A DNA stretch of 64,000 bases, taken from NCBI GenBank assembly GCA_001600815.1, contig BCKZ01000002.1:1310294-1374293 (forward strand). Direction: 5' to 3'. Below the pieces are notes generated by a model. It saw only the letters and a list, made by a program, of their open reading frames with translations. It was not told where the DNA came from and did no database searches. The position numbers and the translations under genes are program-made. Within the stretch, counting starts at the first letter, position 1. Each line of letters starts with the position of its first letter. The stretch comes from Alloascoidea hylecoeti. Lineage: Eukaryota. Shown here piece after piece: positions 48,641 through 61,442 of this stretch.

Positions 48641-49979
48641 CAAATGACTCAACTCACTGGAAAACATGAATGAAAGATATTTTGTAGCTAGCGTAGGTGT
48701 AAGGCTAATGTAAAAGATTACACCTACTCTTAACATCAATGAAATCGTGGAAATAGTGAATTATGGAAGAGAACACCTTTATGGTGTATTCCAACAGCAA
48801 AGAAATCTGAAATCTATAAGCAAATAGCTGCCATATTCTCCTGTGTCCCATTATAGATATGAACATTTTATATAAACAATAAATAATTTTGTTAAATTTT
48901 GAAATGTATTTTAGGTTTTGTGTTTCTTATGATATCGATATATACAATATCGATGCATATGTGTACTGACCGTATGTCACAAACATACCCTAGCTTATAT
49001 CTTTTACTGTTATAGAGATAATCTTCCCTGATAAATAGTCCAACACTATGGCTTTCAATGTTCATTTGACTGATAATTCTAAAATACACGAACTGTATGC
49101 ACAATACCGTAATAGGCACTATTCATTTTTTATGCGTTCTACAGCTTTCACTTGGGGAATAAGAACACACACACAAACACAAACAACTACAAGTTTAACA
49201 GCAAACTAATAATGAGTGTGTAATCATACCATATTCTACAACCACAGTGGAAAAAGACAAACTTTTCGCTTTGTGGGAATAACGTACGATTGTAATTTTA
49301 CATGTATTTACCAATACTCATATATATCGATTTTTATTCGGCGTTTAAAAAACTTTCTTTATCCACTTTCATCGAAGCTGCTAGGCCTCATCTTCTTTTT
49401 TGTATTTTTTTATATGAATCTATTTTGGGGCTTGCAAAGGCTGACATTCGATACCGGTGCCTTAAATATAAACGACTAAAACTAGAATGTTCTAAAATTA
49501 CTTAACTATTCCGTTTTGTGTTTTCTAAACTGCCGTTCCTTTTGTGTACTTAGCAAATGAAATATTAAATGAATCATTTACTTGGATTCTTCTAATCAAA
49601 AACTTGACAATGAAGATACAATAAACAGTTACAATCGTCAAAAGTAGTGGTCAAGTATGATTCAAACTACAAAACCCACTGAATCACGATCATTTGGAGT
49701 TCCTTTATATTTGTTTGATTAGAAGTTATATGTTTAATATTCTTTGTTTAGGGATTGTGCTCTCTAAATAAAAAATCTATTCCAGATCGGTGCTTCAATA
49801 AGTTTCTAAAATAGTACTATAGGATAGTAAATATTAAAATATAAAGATTAGATATTCCCATTCAGAATTAATTAACTCACAATACTTTGATTTTCAACCT
49901 GGTTGTATATTAATATACAAGTTTGTATATAGAATAAGAGACTGTATTAAACAGTTAACAGAAACAATGAAAACCATGC

Positions 49980-50560
49980 AAATGTTAGTTGAAGAGAAAC
50001 ATGATCAACAATATGGTCACTCTCTCAATGCCCAACATTATCCACGGTGACACCCTTTCAGGCTGAGAATAATTCTATACTGTGGCCCTGCTACTCCTGC
50101 TTCTGCTTCAGCGAATTTCAGCGAATTCAGGTAATTCATCATATGGTTCATCTTTCTACTTGGATAGTTGTTGTTGCATATGCATATGTGGAGAGTCTGG
50201 AGACACAAATGTTCAAGTAGAAAGATGAACACATACGATGAATTGTCTGAAATCTGGATCCGCCAGTACTAAAATTGCTGAATTTGATCCATTTAATAGC
50301 TTCTTTGCATCCTTCGTGCTATAGCATTGGAGTATTTCATGACCACATTTATAAAAAAAAAAAAGTCGTATATAATTATTATTAACCCCTACTTCACTCA
50401 TTCAATTCAAGGAGATGGTTATTATGATACTTGTTCAGGTTTAGAACAAGAATACGTATACAAAGATATCAATCTTATCATCCATGTGAATAGGATCTTC
50501 AACTCAATAAATATTAAGAAGATGATGCTTCTCTGAATTTACATAATAAATTTACAGAAT
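49980..50560 (-). mobile_element. Decayed Ty3/gypsy pol relic (RT thumb, connection, RNase H)
   Basis: Motifs occur in the expected order: VGVNNNYIRLF (cf. LGLVNYYRRF), NTPML*HEGCKEAIKWIK/SAILVLADPDFRQFIV (cf. PFxWxxxCxxAFxxLKxAL..VLAxPDFxKPFIV), NYSQPER (cf. NYSxxEKE) and DHVSLQ (cf. TDHxSL). Many stops and frameshifts. Confidence 0.6.
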
Positions 50561-51588
50561 TGATTCAACTGAAGGTCCAGCAGAAGTTGCAGAATAGGGG
50601 TATTATTGCTATGCGCCTAACCACATCTATTAGACACGTACTAGCTATACTAGAAGAAACTTATGTCGATTAATATTTGGAAAGAAACATTTTCACAATT
50701 ACAGCTTACTAGTACCACGTAGTACGTAGTACTCTACAAGAAATGGAACTGGAGAAAATTTCCTCTTTCAAAGTTAACGTTAATGCTGCAATGATTAATT
50801 TCAAGTTCGTGTATTTCACTTATAATTATCCGGGTTGACATTTGTATGATAGTTGTATTAATTACAACTGATAAAATGATTCTCCTTTAAATTTGTCATA
50901 ATTAGGTCTTATCTTGCATGTCATACATTTAGCGGTATTTATAATGGTTGTTAAATATTATATTAATAGAAATAGAAGCTTAAGTTTGTAATTAATCGCC
51001 AGATTCGCCACTAAAAATAAAGGATCTATATATAATCAACCAAATATTACAAGAGCCGCCAGCGCTAGCTATTTATTTATAGAAAATCATATTTTACAAA
51101 AATATATTATAAGTTGAAGCAAACTCTAAAATTTAATATGGTATAAATTGATATTAATATACATAATATATATAAGGTAAATGAATACAAAGCAAGAGAA
51201 AATAGAAATAGAAATAAAAGTAAGGACCAGAGATAAATATTGTTTAGCAATTGCAAAAAGTACTTATACAATATCGTAAGTAACTAAAAATAAATAGAGA
51301 AAAGAAAGAAAAAAAAAAAAACCAAAATTTAAACAAATAATAACTAGCAAACCTAAGTAAAATAATATAATATAATTTCAAATAAAAAATAGTTGCAATA
51401 TGCATGTTAAAAACAAAAGAAAGAAAAACACCACCAAATTAAACATGATCATGATCATGATCATGAGCAATTGCAATAACTAAGCGTTAAAGCAATCAAC
51501 AAAAATATATATCTTATACAACTAGAAAACAAAAGAAATCATCAATTTTTAAAAAGGAATCATAATTTTAATATAAAAAAATGGGGTT

Positions 51589-52777
51589 TTAAACATGATT
51601 ATAATCTCTTCTTATTGGTTTGCTATTTTTTTTTACTTTATATTTATCTGCTGTAGAATTAAGGCCATCTATTCTATCGGTAATGATATTTCCGCAAATT
51701 CTCCTTATCCCTAAACCATTGGAAAATTGCTGTCCGATTATAATTGCTTTGGCAGCTTCTTTACCTTTCTTTTTAACAAGTTTAGCATGGAATAAACCAC
51801 AGGCATTACAAAGAGTTCTAGCACCATTTGGACCACGTCTCCATTCTGGGGTACTTGTAACTCCACACCTATGACATCTTAAAGGTTGTGCTTTGACATT
51901 TTCAATTTTGCAACTGGTGGGCATGATAGGATATCCTTGAAACCCCTGCATTTGTAAAAACATATCTGGATGGGGATGACCAGGTAACATGTACATAGGT
52001 GGTGGTTGTAATTGTGAATTTGAATGTAATTGAGATTGTGGATATTGGTATGTTTGGGGTGCAGGAGCTATACAAGAGCATGATGATAAGTTTTGGTCAG
52101 AAGTGGGGATATATCTTGGTAAAATATTGCCAATAGGAGGTTGTTGGAAGAATGATTGAGGACCAGGGCCATTATTCAAAGGAGGCATACGGTAGGTTTG
52201 GGTAGTATAACTAGTACTTTGGGGGATGAGTGGCGGGCCTGGGAGAGAAGCACTTGGAGATTTGAAAATTGGAGAGGTTTGGTCGATGGAAGAAGGGACA
52301 GGAGACCTAGATTGGAATCGTGACTTTTCCAAAGGTAGGTTATCCATTGTGGTTGGAGTTGGACTTGGATAGGAAGTTGGATATATGTTTGCCTGTGAAA
52401 CCAAAGGCTTGCTCAAGTTATCTAGAGGAGGAAGAGAATTTTCAATCTTGAACCTTTTAAGGGCAGTAGGAGCATTGAATTCATCGGAAAATTGCAATTG
52501 ACGTTTCCTACTACCGGGTGCGATATTAAAATTTTCCGTCTGGGGGGATTCAAGCTTGATGGTTTGGTTGAAGGTGTGGTCGGACATGGGAGCAAATGGG
52601 GGAGTCAGTGGGAGGGCCGGGAGATTCTGTTGGGCCGTGATAGAAGAGATTGGGGGCAATCTAGGAGGCCAGTTAGTAAAGACGAAATCGGAGGTGAAAG
52701 CAGGAAACATGTACACACCTTATGACTTCAGTGGAGCTGAAATTTCTGGGGACGAAGGGTTTTGTATCGCAGCACAT
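51589..52777 (-). CDS. GATA zinc-finger transcription factor, Gat2/Brg1 type; exons 52777-52719 and 52660-51589, 376 aa
   Basis: [38 protein letters not shown] (CX2CX18CX2C). Intron 52718-52661 (GTGTGT..TACTAAC..TAG) joins MCCDTKPF...[12 protein letters not shown] in frame. Confidence 0.88.
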
Positions 52778-55700
52778 GATTATAGCAGGCTCAAGCTTGA
52801 AGGTAGACAATAACAAGGCTAAAAAGAGCACCTGTGGGAATATTTATAAATAAGGACATCAGTATCAGATGGGCCGTTATCAAGTACCCCACAGGTGCGA
52901 GAAAAGTCCCGATCGGGACTCCGATATTATGCTGATCGCTTGCAACAGAGATTTCGAGCACAAGAATAATATACAAACTACGTAAATACGAGGATCGTCT
53001 GAGTCTGAGTCTGCAATTGTGTGGTAAGTCCGATCTTAATTTTATCATGCTTATTATGTGGAGTTCACGTGCACATATAATACCTACGATTGTTCGTATA
53101 ATGTGTATTATATGGCGAGATCGATCTATTTTCTTTGTTACCCGTGATCCAAATATTATATAAGGAACATCCAATTGGGCCCAAATCGCACCAAGAGAAC
53201 GTTAGCGTTGGAATTGCGTGTAAATTATTCCTAAAAAGAACTTACTCAGTACAAGTCGGGACATTCTAGCTAGCAGCCACTTAGCATCTCTGATCATGGC
53301 GATCGAGAAGACACATAGCGCTAGCACTTTTGGGCATTTTAAACCGAAATGTAGATCCAGTAGCTATATGTTTAAATATAGTTGTTATAACGCTGATGTT
53401 CCTTGAGATCCAGCTGAGATCTCTGATCTGCAATTAGTAATTCTACGTAAAAAACAGGAACTTGGAAGACGTTTCAGATTCAGATTCAGATCGGTTTGTG
53501 TGATATAAATGACCTTTTAGGAAGATCAACGTTAGCTCACTTTATTTTACATACAGTATCCTCTATTTTATAAATTCATGTAACAGAATATTAATACATA
53601 CACATGCATATGCATATCTGATGAAATGAGTTATACACCGTTAACGATGATAGTTGCATTTGACCTGATTTGTCGTATTTGTTCAGATTTTTATACTATA
53701 AGCTTATAATTCCCCAACGTATTTTCAGCTCGTTACACTCGGCCGCCCGGATGACTAACTATATATCGCAAAGTCTATAATTAAGAGCTACATCTGATGA
53801 TCTCTATAGCTTGAGTTAGTTATATTAATATGTGCAGCTAAAAATTCCAATGTGTTTTTATTAGAGATCATGATCGATCATCAGACCCCCTGCAGGCTTA
53901 AATATATTAGTAAGTTCTTTTGATCTGATTTATGAAGTTTAGATCCATTTCTTCAATTACTATCTCATTTCATATAAGCGATAGCAATTAAAATAGACAA
54001 TACACATTGCCTTCAATGACCATGAAAAATCTTTATAACTATAACTATAGCCGTGAATCGTGATCCTTTGTAATTCCATAAAAATCTAACAAGTGGTACT
54101 ATATCTAAAAATTATATAAAACAAAATTGAAATATTTGTTGATTAATTATAATTATATCTATAGACAAGCTAAAGCAGAATCACCTTAATGTTTCTATTT
54201 TCTTTTACTTCTTTAATATAAAATCATGATCATGATGTTATACACAATTCACTCGTATATCTCTCCTTTATTAAATATTTATCGTCAATTATAATCAATA
54301 ATAAAGATTAATATATCCTATATCTAAAATCTAGATTGATGACCCTAATTAAGATTAAGCTTAATTATGTTAGGTTCAAATTTAAAGGATATTACATATC
54401 AGTATCATCAAATACTTGGTTTTGAAAATAAAATGTTTAATCAACATTTTTTAAAGTCAATAATACAACTAGTATAATTAACAATACATAATATTTCTAA
54501 AAATCAAATATGTGATTTAATAAAATTAATATTGAATGTAATACTCATTCATGTTCATGACTTTGTTTTTAAAGTGTTAATTTACGATACGATACGAGGT
54601 TGGTTGATAATTATAATATTAAGATGGGTAACCCCCTTGTATAAGAAAATACCTTGTATAACGAAAAACCTGCACTTTTAATTGTTTGCGATATTATTTA
54701 ATGAGATACGAGAAAGACTCTTTAATATACCATCTAGAAATATCTATAGCGCTCTATGGATATAGGCGCCAGCATCAATTATATATAATAAGTAATAGAT
54801 CTATGATGTAAGTTATGTGCTTTTGTGAATATTAAGTTAAGTTAATTGTAATATTCATGAGGTTACACTACATGTACAGATATTATTATATAAATTTAAA
54901 CTAAATTTGTACTTAATTAGTACTTATTCCTATATACATCTAAAAATAATTGCTTGCGACGATCAACAATGATTCAACATTGATATTGTGAATTTGTGAT
55001 TGATTATCATTGATATAATCATATAAATTCATAATAGAAAACTACGTGGACTAAAGTAATCTAGATCAATCATATAATTATCGTCAAACGATATTTAACC
55101 AGATCATATAAGGGCTGATGATCATGATAGGATCTGTGTATTAAACGTAACAAATCTATATACCCGGAGTTATACTAATACACATTAATGTGTAAATACT
55201 TCTGATGCTAGATATAACTTTAAGTCATAAATAAATTTAAAATGTGTCTTATATTTTGATTGTACCAATATAGTATAGGAATATACAAGCTTATAAGTCT
55301 TATACAAACATCTCATTATAAGCAGATCATTAATGAACATGATGTATAATCCCGGATATTAACAAAAAACCCGCTAGCGTTTCCTTTTCTTATATGAACC
55401 TTACCACTGTTACTATTTTTTGTCCAATATTAAAAAAAATGATTTCCCCAACAGTTAATTATGCAGTTGAAGTTATGCACTTAAAGATGGAGTTATTTAT
55501 ATGCATATAATAATTGGTATACGTAAGAATCTCCAAGTATATTATATTATATTGTAACGTTATTATAATATGGATAGAATCGATGGATCAAATAATTATT
55601 ATAATTAAAATACAGCCTCCTCGCAATAAAATAATACAAAGTATAAATTTGGTATATCAAACTGAAATAAGCTGATTTTTCTAATTCATCGCCAACATTG

Positions 55701-56215
55701 ATCACAATTGCAATTCAACAGCAATGCTCAGTAAGGATACATATCACGTGTGGTCCATATTGAGAAACTACCCCGCGACCAAACATATGGATCGATATTA
55801 ATGCACTCACATAGCTATCACTGTGAGCCTTTATTGTCAAGAAAATATTCACTTAATTTCGGCCATATCCGTAACTTACGTTTTGGCACATTACTACCAG
55901 AATTCCGGTGTTTGGATGTATGCCTTCTCAGTAGAATGGGCTTGATGGACACTCTTTGGGTAGAGGTGAAGCCATGTTTAAATTCCTTACAGCTCTCGAA
56001 ACCCCAATCCAAGAGGAATATTCTATGTTTTGTATTAGAAAGGTCCTAGAATATTGTTTAGCACATCCACTGTGAACTAGATGTATAGTAAACCGGGTAA
56101 CCCCCCCCCAGCACCAGTCTATCAATTTTGCCAATATTCTTACCGTTTCCATTGTTATTCTTATACTCATCTTTTTTCTTTTTTTATCTTCTTCGTTCAC
56201 TTGAGGAAACTAAAA

Positions 56216-58380
56216 ATGACAGTCTCACCAACAGCCAATCCCAATCGCTGGCATGTGTTCTTCTATGATACTGTATTGTTGTTTCTCTCTTGTAAGTTGT
56301 GTTGCAGCATCATACGTTAAATCATAATCTAACTAGGATCTATCAAAAAGTTGTCTTTGACCTATTCTTTAGAGAAATATCATGTACCGGATCCCACCGG
56401 ATTCCAAGAGATGGCCCAGTGTTTTTTGTAGCTGCTCCCCATGCTAATCAATTCATTGATCCAGTTATGGTCATGAGGCATGTTAAGTGTCAAGTAGGGA
56501 GAAGAATTTCATTTCTTATTGCTGATTCTTCTTATAAACGAAGATTCGTTGGTTTCTTTGCAAAGTGTTGTTTATCAATCCCGGTAGCTAGAGCTCAAGA
56601 TAATACAAAATCTGCTAGTGGGAAAATATATCTGAAAGATCCCATCAATAATCCTTTGGTTATAACAGGCGAAGGCACAAAATTCACAACAGAGTGTGAA
56701 GTTAAAGGTCTTATTGCTCTCCCCAAATCATGTGGTTTAGTTAACATATCCGAGATTAGGAGTGACACGGAATTAGTTATCAGAAAGGAAGTTAAAAATA
56801 GTGCGGCACTTCACTATTTGTCCTTGGGATGCGTATATAAAGTTGCTGGCAAGATAGATCATACTCAAGTTTATAGAGAAGTTTTCGATCACTTACACCA
56901 AGATGGATGTATTGGAATCTTTCCTGAAGGCGGTTCACATGATAGAACAGAGTTACTTCCTTTAAAAGCAGGTGTTGTCATTATGGCTCTTGGTGCAATG
57001 GTTGATAATCCACTTTGTGATGTAAAAATCGTTCCGTGTGGTCTCAATTATTTCCATAGGAATAGATTTAGATCAAGAGCTATGGTTGAATTTGGTCATC
57101 CGATATCTATTAGTCCACAAATGGTAGAAATATATAAAAATGATCCTCGAAAAGCTGTTACAGAAATGCTCGGAATAATTCAGGATGCTTTGAAATCTGT
57201 CACTACTCAATGCCCTGATTATGAAACGCTTATTACAATTCAAGCAGTTAGACGATTATACGCATCTCAATATGGGAAAAAATTATCATTGGCTGGAACA
57301 CTTGAATTGAATCGTCGGATGATTACAGGTTATACCCATTTTAAAGACAATCCAGATATTCAACGATTAGTTAAAGATGTTGCTGATTTTGATAAACGTT
57401 TACGTTATTTACATATTCGTGATCATCAATTAGCTAATGCGAAATTCGGTAAACCTCAGATTATTTATAATCTTATCACAAGGTCTATTAAACTCATTGT
57501 ATTGTCTATCCTTAGTATCCCTGGCACGATTTTATTTTCTCCGATATTCCTACTGTGTCATTTCATTTCAAAAAAGAAACAAGCAGAAGCATTGAAAAAA
57601 TCATCAGTTAAAATTGCTGCCAAAGATGTCATTGCAACTTGGAAGATTCTTGTAGCTATGGGTGCAACTCCTCTATTATATACCTTTTATTCCTTTATAG
57701 GAACTTTTCTTCTCATAAGATATGATTATTTGAATAGCCTTTCAGATAAACTCATTGGATTTATATTTAGTTATTCTCTTTTAGCAATAACTAGTTTATC
57801 AGCTTTAATTATAGGTGAGCAAGGTGTTGATATCTTAAAATCGTTAAAACCTATGTGGTATTGTTTAAAACCGAAAGGTTATGAAGAATTGTCACAGTTA
57901 AAAGCTCGTCGCCAACAGCTTGCTTATCATATAACAGAAATCGTAAATAGTCTTGGACCAGAATTATATGATGATTTTGATATTCAATATGAAAAACTTG
58001 CTGGGAAAAAATTAGTTAAAACAGCTGGGGAAAATGAAATTGAAGATAAAGAAGTTGAAAATAACTTGTTTATCAAGAGAAGACCTAGAAGTGATACAAC
58101 TGCCTCTGATATTTCTACCGAATCTAATGCTATTTCAAGAGTAAACTCTACTCATAATTTATCAGAAATTCCAATTTTTAGCAACAATAATTTATATAGA
58201 ACTGTTTCAAATGGATCGGGTATAACTACTGATTCAATATCAGAACCAATTTCTAATGATGGTGATGATAATAACCAGGTTTATACTACTCAAGCACAAT
58301 TCGATGCAGAATTAAGTGCTAAGATCAGATTAGCTATGACAAAGCGTGAAAAGGCTAAATTTGTTCCTTATGAAGATTAA
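56216..58380 (+). CDS. GPT2: Glycerol-3-phosphate/DHAP O-acyltransferase (Gpt2/Sct1 family); exons 56216-56291 and 56351-58380, 701 aa
   Basis: VAAPHANQFIDP, IPVARAQD, GIFPEGGSHDR and VPCGLNYF..RFRSR. Intron 56292-56350 (GTAAGT..CTAAC..AAG). GPT2 is preferred over SCT1 because of BET3/MET1 adjacency. Confidence 0.9.
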
Positions 58381-58594
58381 TGAATTTTTATTTTATAACC
58401 ATATATATCTAATTGTAATTAATATATATTTGAATATTGCAATTGAACGAAAAAGAACATGTAACGTCTAAAATGATGATGTACCATCAAAATAAAAGAA
58501 TAATAAAGAATGAATAAACTTTCACAAATACTCATTACCAATGTATTGTATCATGAAAAAAAAAATTTATTCATATATAATGCTATTATATAAA

Positions 58595-59318
58595 TTAATC
58601 ATCACCAGCAGGCATTTCATCTTTTAAAACTTTTATCAATCTCACCCTTAATTCAGTTACATCAGAACCTCTAAGAACATCACTAACAAAACGAGCTTCA
58701 ACATCAAGTTGAACCATTTGTAAAGCTCCACGTAAAACTCCAGTAAGTATATTAGAGTACCATAATTCTCTTGATGCTTTCCCATCATTTGGTAATTCAA
58801 CAAATTCTGCTAAAGGATTTTCATCAAAAATAAGACTAAATTGTTTATTATCAGTAGACCAATTTGTTACAGTTGGCGTTATATTAAGAAAAATTTTGAA
58901 TCCAATCTTTATTGATGTATCATATATTGTTAGTTCTTCAATTAATGAGTAAATAATAATTAAGGGTATTTAAACATACCTTTGAAATGACCTCAGCAGT
59001 ATCTTTAAACGTAGCACATCGTCCTGTTCCTGATCTAGCAAGGAAATCTTCAATCAACCGTAATCCTATATTATATCCCATCTTATCTAATTGCTTATTC
59101 ACTTGTGAATAATCATTATTGAAATCTCTACATAATTGTGATACCAAAGAACCATAAGTTAATGTGAATAGCTCAGCATTCTAAATAATTCATAGATTAG
59201 TGTTGAGCTATGATTAAAATATATCAATAAGATACTATGATATAGAAGAATAACATACAATTTTCTCAACTTTGTTCTTCCATATGTCGTCGCTAACAGT
59301 TTTAATAGATTTTGACAT
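58595..59318 (-). CDS. BET3: TRAPP complex subunit Bet3; exons 59318-59259, 59180-58980, 58906-58595, 190 aa
   Basis: KI|NAELFTLTYGSLVSQLCRD, MGYNIGLRLIEDFLA, K|IGFKIFLNI, ENPLAEFVELP and LWYSNILTGVLRGALQMV. Two GTATGT introns. Confidence 0.95.
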
Positions 59319-59501
59319 ATTGTAAGTGGTGTTGAATACTTTAGGTGTGAGGATGGTACTAACTAAATATTGGCTTTGTAACCAGTACTAACCACATAAA
59401 TCAATTCATATATTTAGTCATAAATTCACTATAGCTACAAGTATTCTATTCTACATGTATATAATGAATATTCAAGTTTTTAATATGCTATTAACATAAA
59501 A

Positions 59502-60899
59502 TTACCCTTCAAGTAATGAATCTAAGGCATCTTGATAAGCTCCATCAGACGCATCGTTTGCTTTCTTTAATCGTCGTGCTGCCCTATCATACAAATCGAT
59601 TTGTTTACGGGATTCCAATTCGTATAAATTAGCAAGAGATATCATAGCTTCAGATGAATCAACTAAACTTTGAGAAATGTCTTTATCTTCAGCTTGGGTC
59701 AGATAATGAACAGCTTTTGTGAGAAGTTTAATGGCTTTTGAACGAGCACCAAGAACTTGTTTTGGTAAAGATTCATCATCAATTTCCATACCATCATCTT
59801 CTTCACTATATTTTGCCTCTGTATAAATTTCACCTAATGGAGTAGCTTGTCTAACATATTCTAAACCAATAAATTTACTAACAAGTTTAATAGAATCATT
59901 AACTTCTTCAATTTTATCCTGAGTAACATCATTTTGTTTACCTTTCCCTTTAGTAATATTTGGTAATTCAGCCTGTAAAAATTTTAATATATCCAACCAT
60001 TTATCTAAAATCCAATTTCTATATTTTTCTTCATATTTTCTTAATTTATAAAGTGGATGTCTTGAATCAATTTGAAAAAAATATTCAGATTCATCAATAT
60101 CCATCATTTCATCTTCATCATCTTCAGCATTCATTTTTTTACCAAAATCAACTGCAAAATCAATTATATTATATAAAGATTCAAGATTTTTAATTTGATC
60201 ACCAATATAAGATAATTCAGGTTTATTAGTAGTTCCTGATGATGATTTTAAAGCAAGTTTTAAACCTTTATCAAAACTTTCAATTGCAATATCAACTAGA
60301 TCTCTAAGATTACCAATTTCTTGAACAGTTGATTTTTCAGTAATTACTTGAAATTGATTAACCAATATTCTATCAACAATAATCTTAAACTTAGCAAGTA
60401 AAATTTCAGGGGAAGATGGATATTTTCCTAAACCAATTGATAATCTTTCAATAGCAGCACCATAAAATTCAGTACATGGTTTACTAACAGTTTTAGAGAC
60501 TGGTTTCGCATCATTTTCATCTCCAATAGCTTCTAAACCTTTATATTCACCTAGTTCAGCCAATGACAAACCGTAGATCGCATGAAATTCAGCAGGTAAT
60601 CTTGTACCTTTTTCATCTTGATTTCTTAATAATCTATCACATTCATGAATAATACCATTTAAAACCAATTCATCACTTTCTTTTTGTCTTCTTAAAATTG
60701 ATTTATTATTATGATTATACCATAATACTTTTAATTGTGTATATTCATCATCAATATCTAAACTATCATCAACTTCAACTGTAATGGAAGGAGGTTGAAT
60801 GGGCTGTGAAGAACTTGAAGCATCTTTTGAATCTTGTTTCTTACTAGAATGTCGTAATTTGGCAGATTTGCCAATTCCCATAGGCCTGGTTGTACCCAT
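59502..60899 (-). CDS. ETT1: Enhancer of translation termination / Nro1 homologue, 465 aa
   Basis: RPMGIGK N-terminus, ELVLNGIIHECDRLLRN, FHAIYGLSLAELG and a C-terminal EAMISLANLY...LKKAN. Confidence 0.88.
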   Translation of the reverse strand: MGTTRPMGIGKSAKLRHSSKKQDSKDASSSSQPIQPPSITVEVDDSLDIDDEYTQLKVLWYNHNNKSILRRQKESDELVLNGIIHECDRLLRNQDEKGTRLPAEFHAIYGLSLAELGEYKGLEAIGDENDAKPVSKTVSKPCTEFYGAAIERLSIGLGKYPSSPEILLAKFKIIVDRILVNQFQVITEKSTVQEIGNLRDLVDIAIESFDKGLKLALKSSSGTTNKPELSYIGDQIKNLESLYNIIDFAVDFGKKMNAEDDEDEMMDIDESEYFFQIDSRHPLYKLRKYEEKYRNWILDKWLDILKFLQAELPNITKGKGKQNDVTQDKIEEVNDSIKLVSKFIGLEYVRQATPLGEIYTEAKYSEEDDGMEIDDESLPKQVLGARSKAIKLLTKAVHYLTQAEDKDISQSLVDSSEAMISLANLYELESRKQIDLYDRAARRLKKANDASDGAYQDALDSLLEG

Positions 60900-60988
60900 T
60901 TTTCTTGAAACAATATAATTGAAGAAAAGAAAAGGAGTGTTTTTAAACTTATATTCTAGCTAGCTAGTTAAATTAGTAAATTTAATCA

Positions 60989-60998
60989 AAAATTTTCA
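60989..60998 (-). promoter_or_regulatory. RRPE-like element (TGAAAATTTT) upstream of ETT1; second copy at 61324-61333
   Basis: Exact motif matches in the ETT1-MET1 divergent promoter. Confidence 0.4.
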
Positions 60999-61099
60999 AT
61001 CATCGGATGATCTTAAAAAAATCCATGAAATTTCATTTTTACAGGTGTAGTAATTGATGACATAAGCAGAAACGGAAATAAATCAGCCACAAATCGATC

Positions 61100-61131
61100 G
61101 CCACAGTGGCGGATGTGCTCATTCCACGTGA
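61100..61131. promoter_or_regulatory. Met31/Met32-type (CTGTGGC) and Cbf1-type (TCACGTG) sites upstream of MET1
   Basis: GCCACAG at 61100-61106 and CACGTGA at 61125-61131, ~320 bp upstream of the MET1 ATG. Confidence 0.55.
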
Positions 61132-61442
61132 GGCACAAAAGACCCGTAAATGTCTTTTGTAACGGTCGAGGAGATAGCCCGATGCGTATGAACGACCTGT
61201 CATATTTCGGGTATGTTAACATTGAATTAAATACTGTTAAAATTCCGAGTGACCGAATGAGCACTTTGACACAGCCTAAGTACCGATATTGAACTCGATA
61301 ATTGAGCCCGACTTCAGCCAATCAAAATTTTCAATATAAGCTTATAAAGCATATCAAGTGTGAGTAATATATAAGATATAAAGAAGAGTATTTCCGTCCT
61401 CATCTACTTATTCATTTGTGTTGTTTTGGAGTTAATATAATA

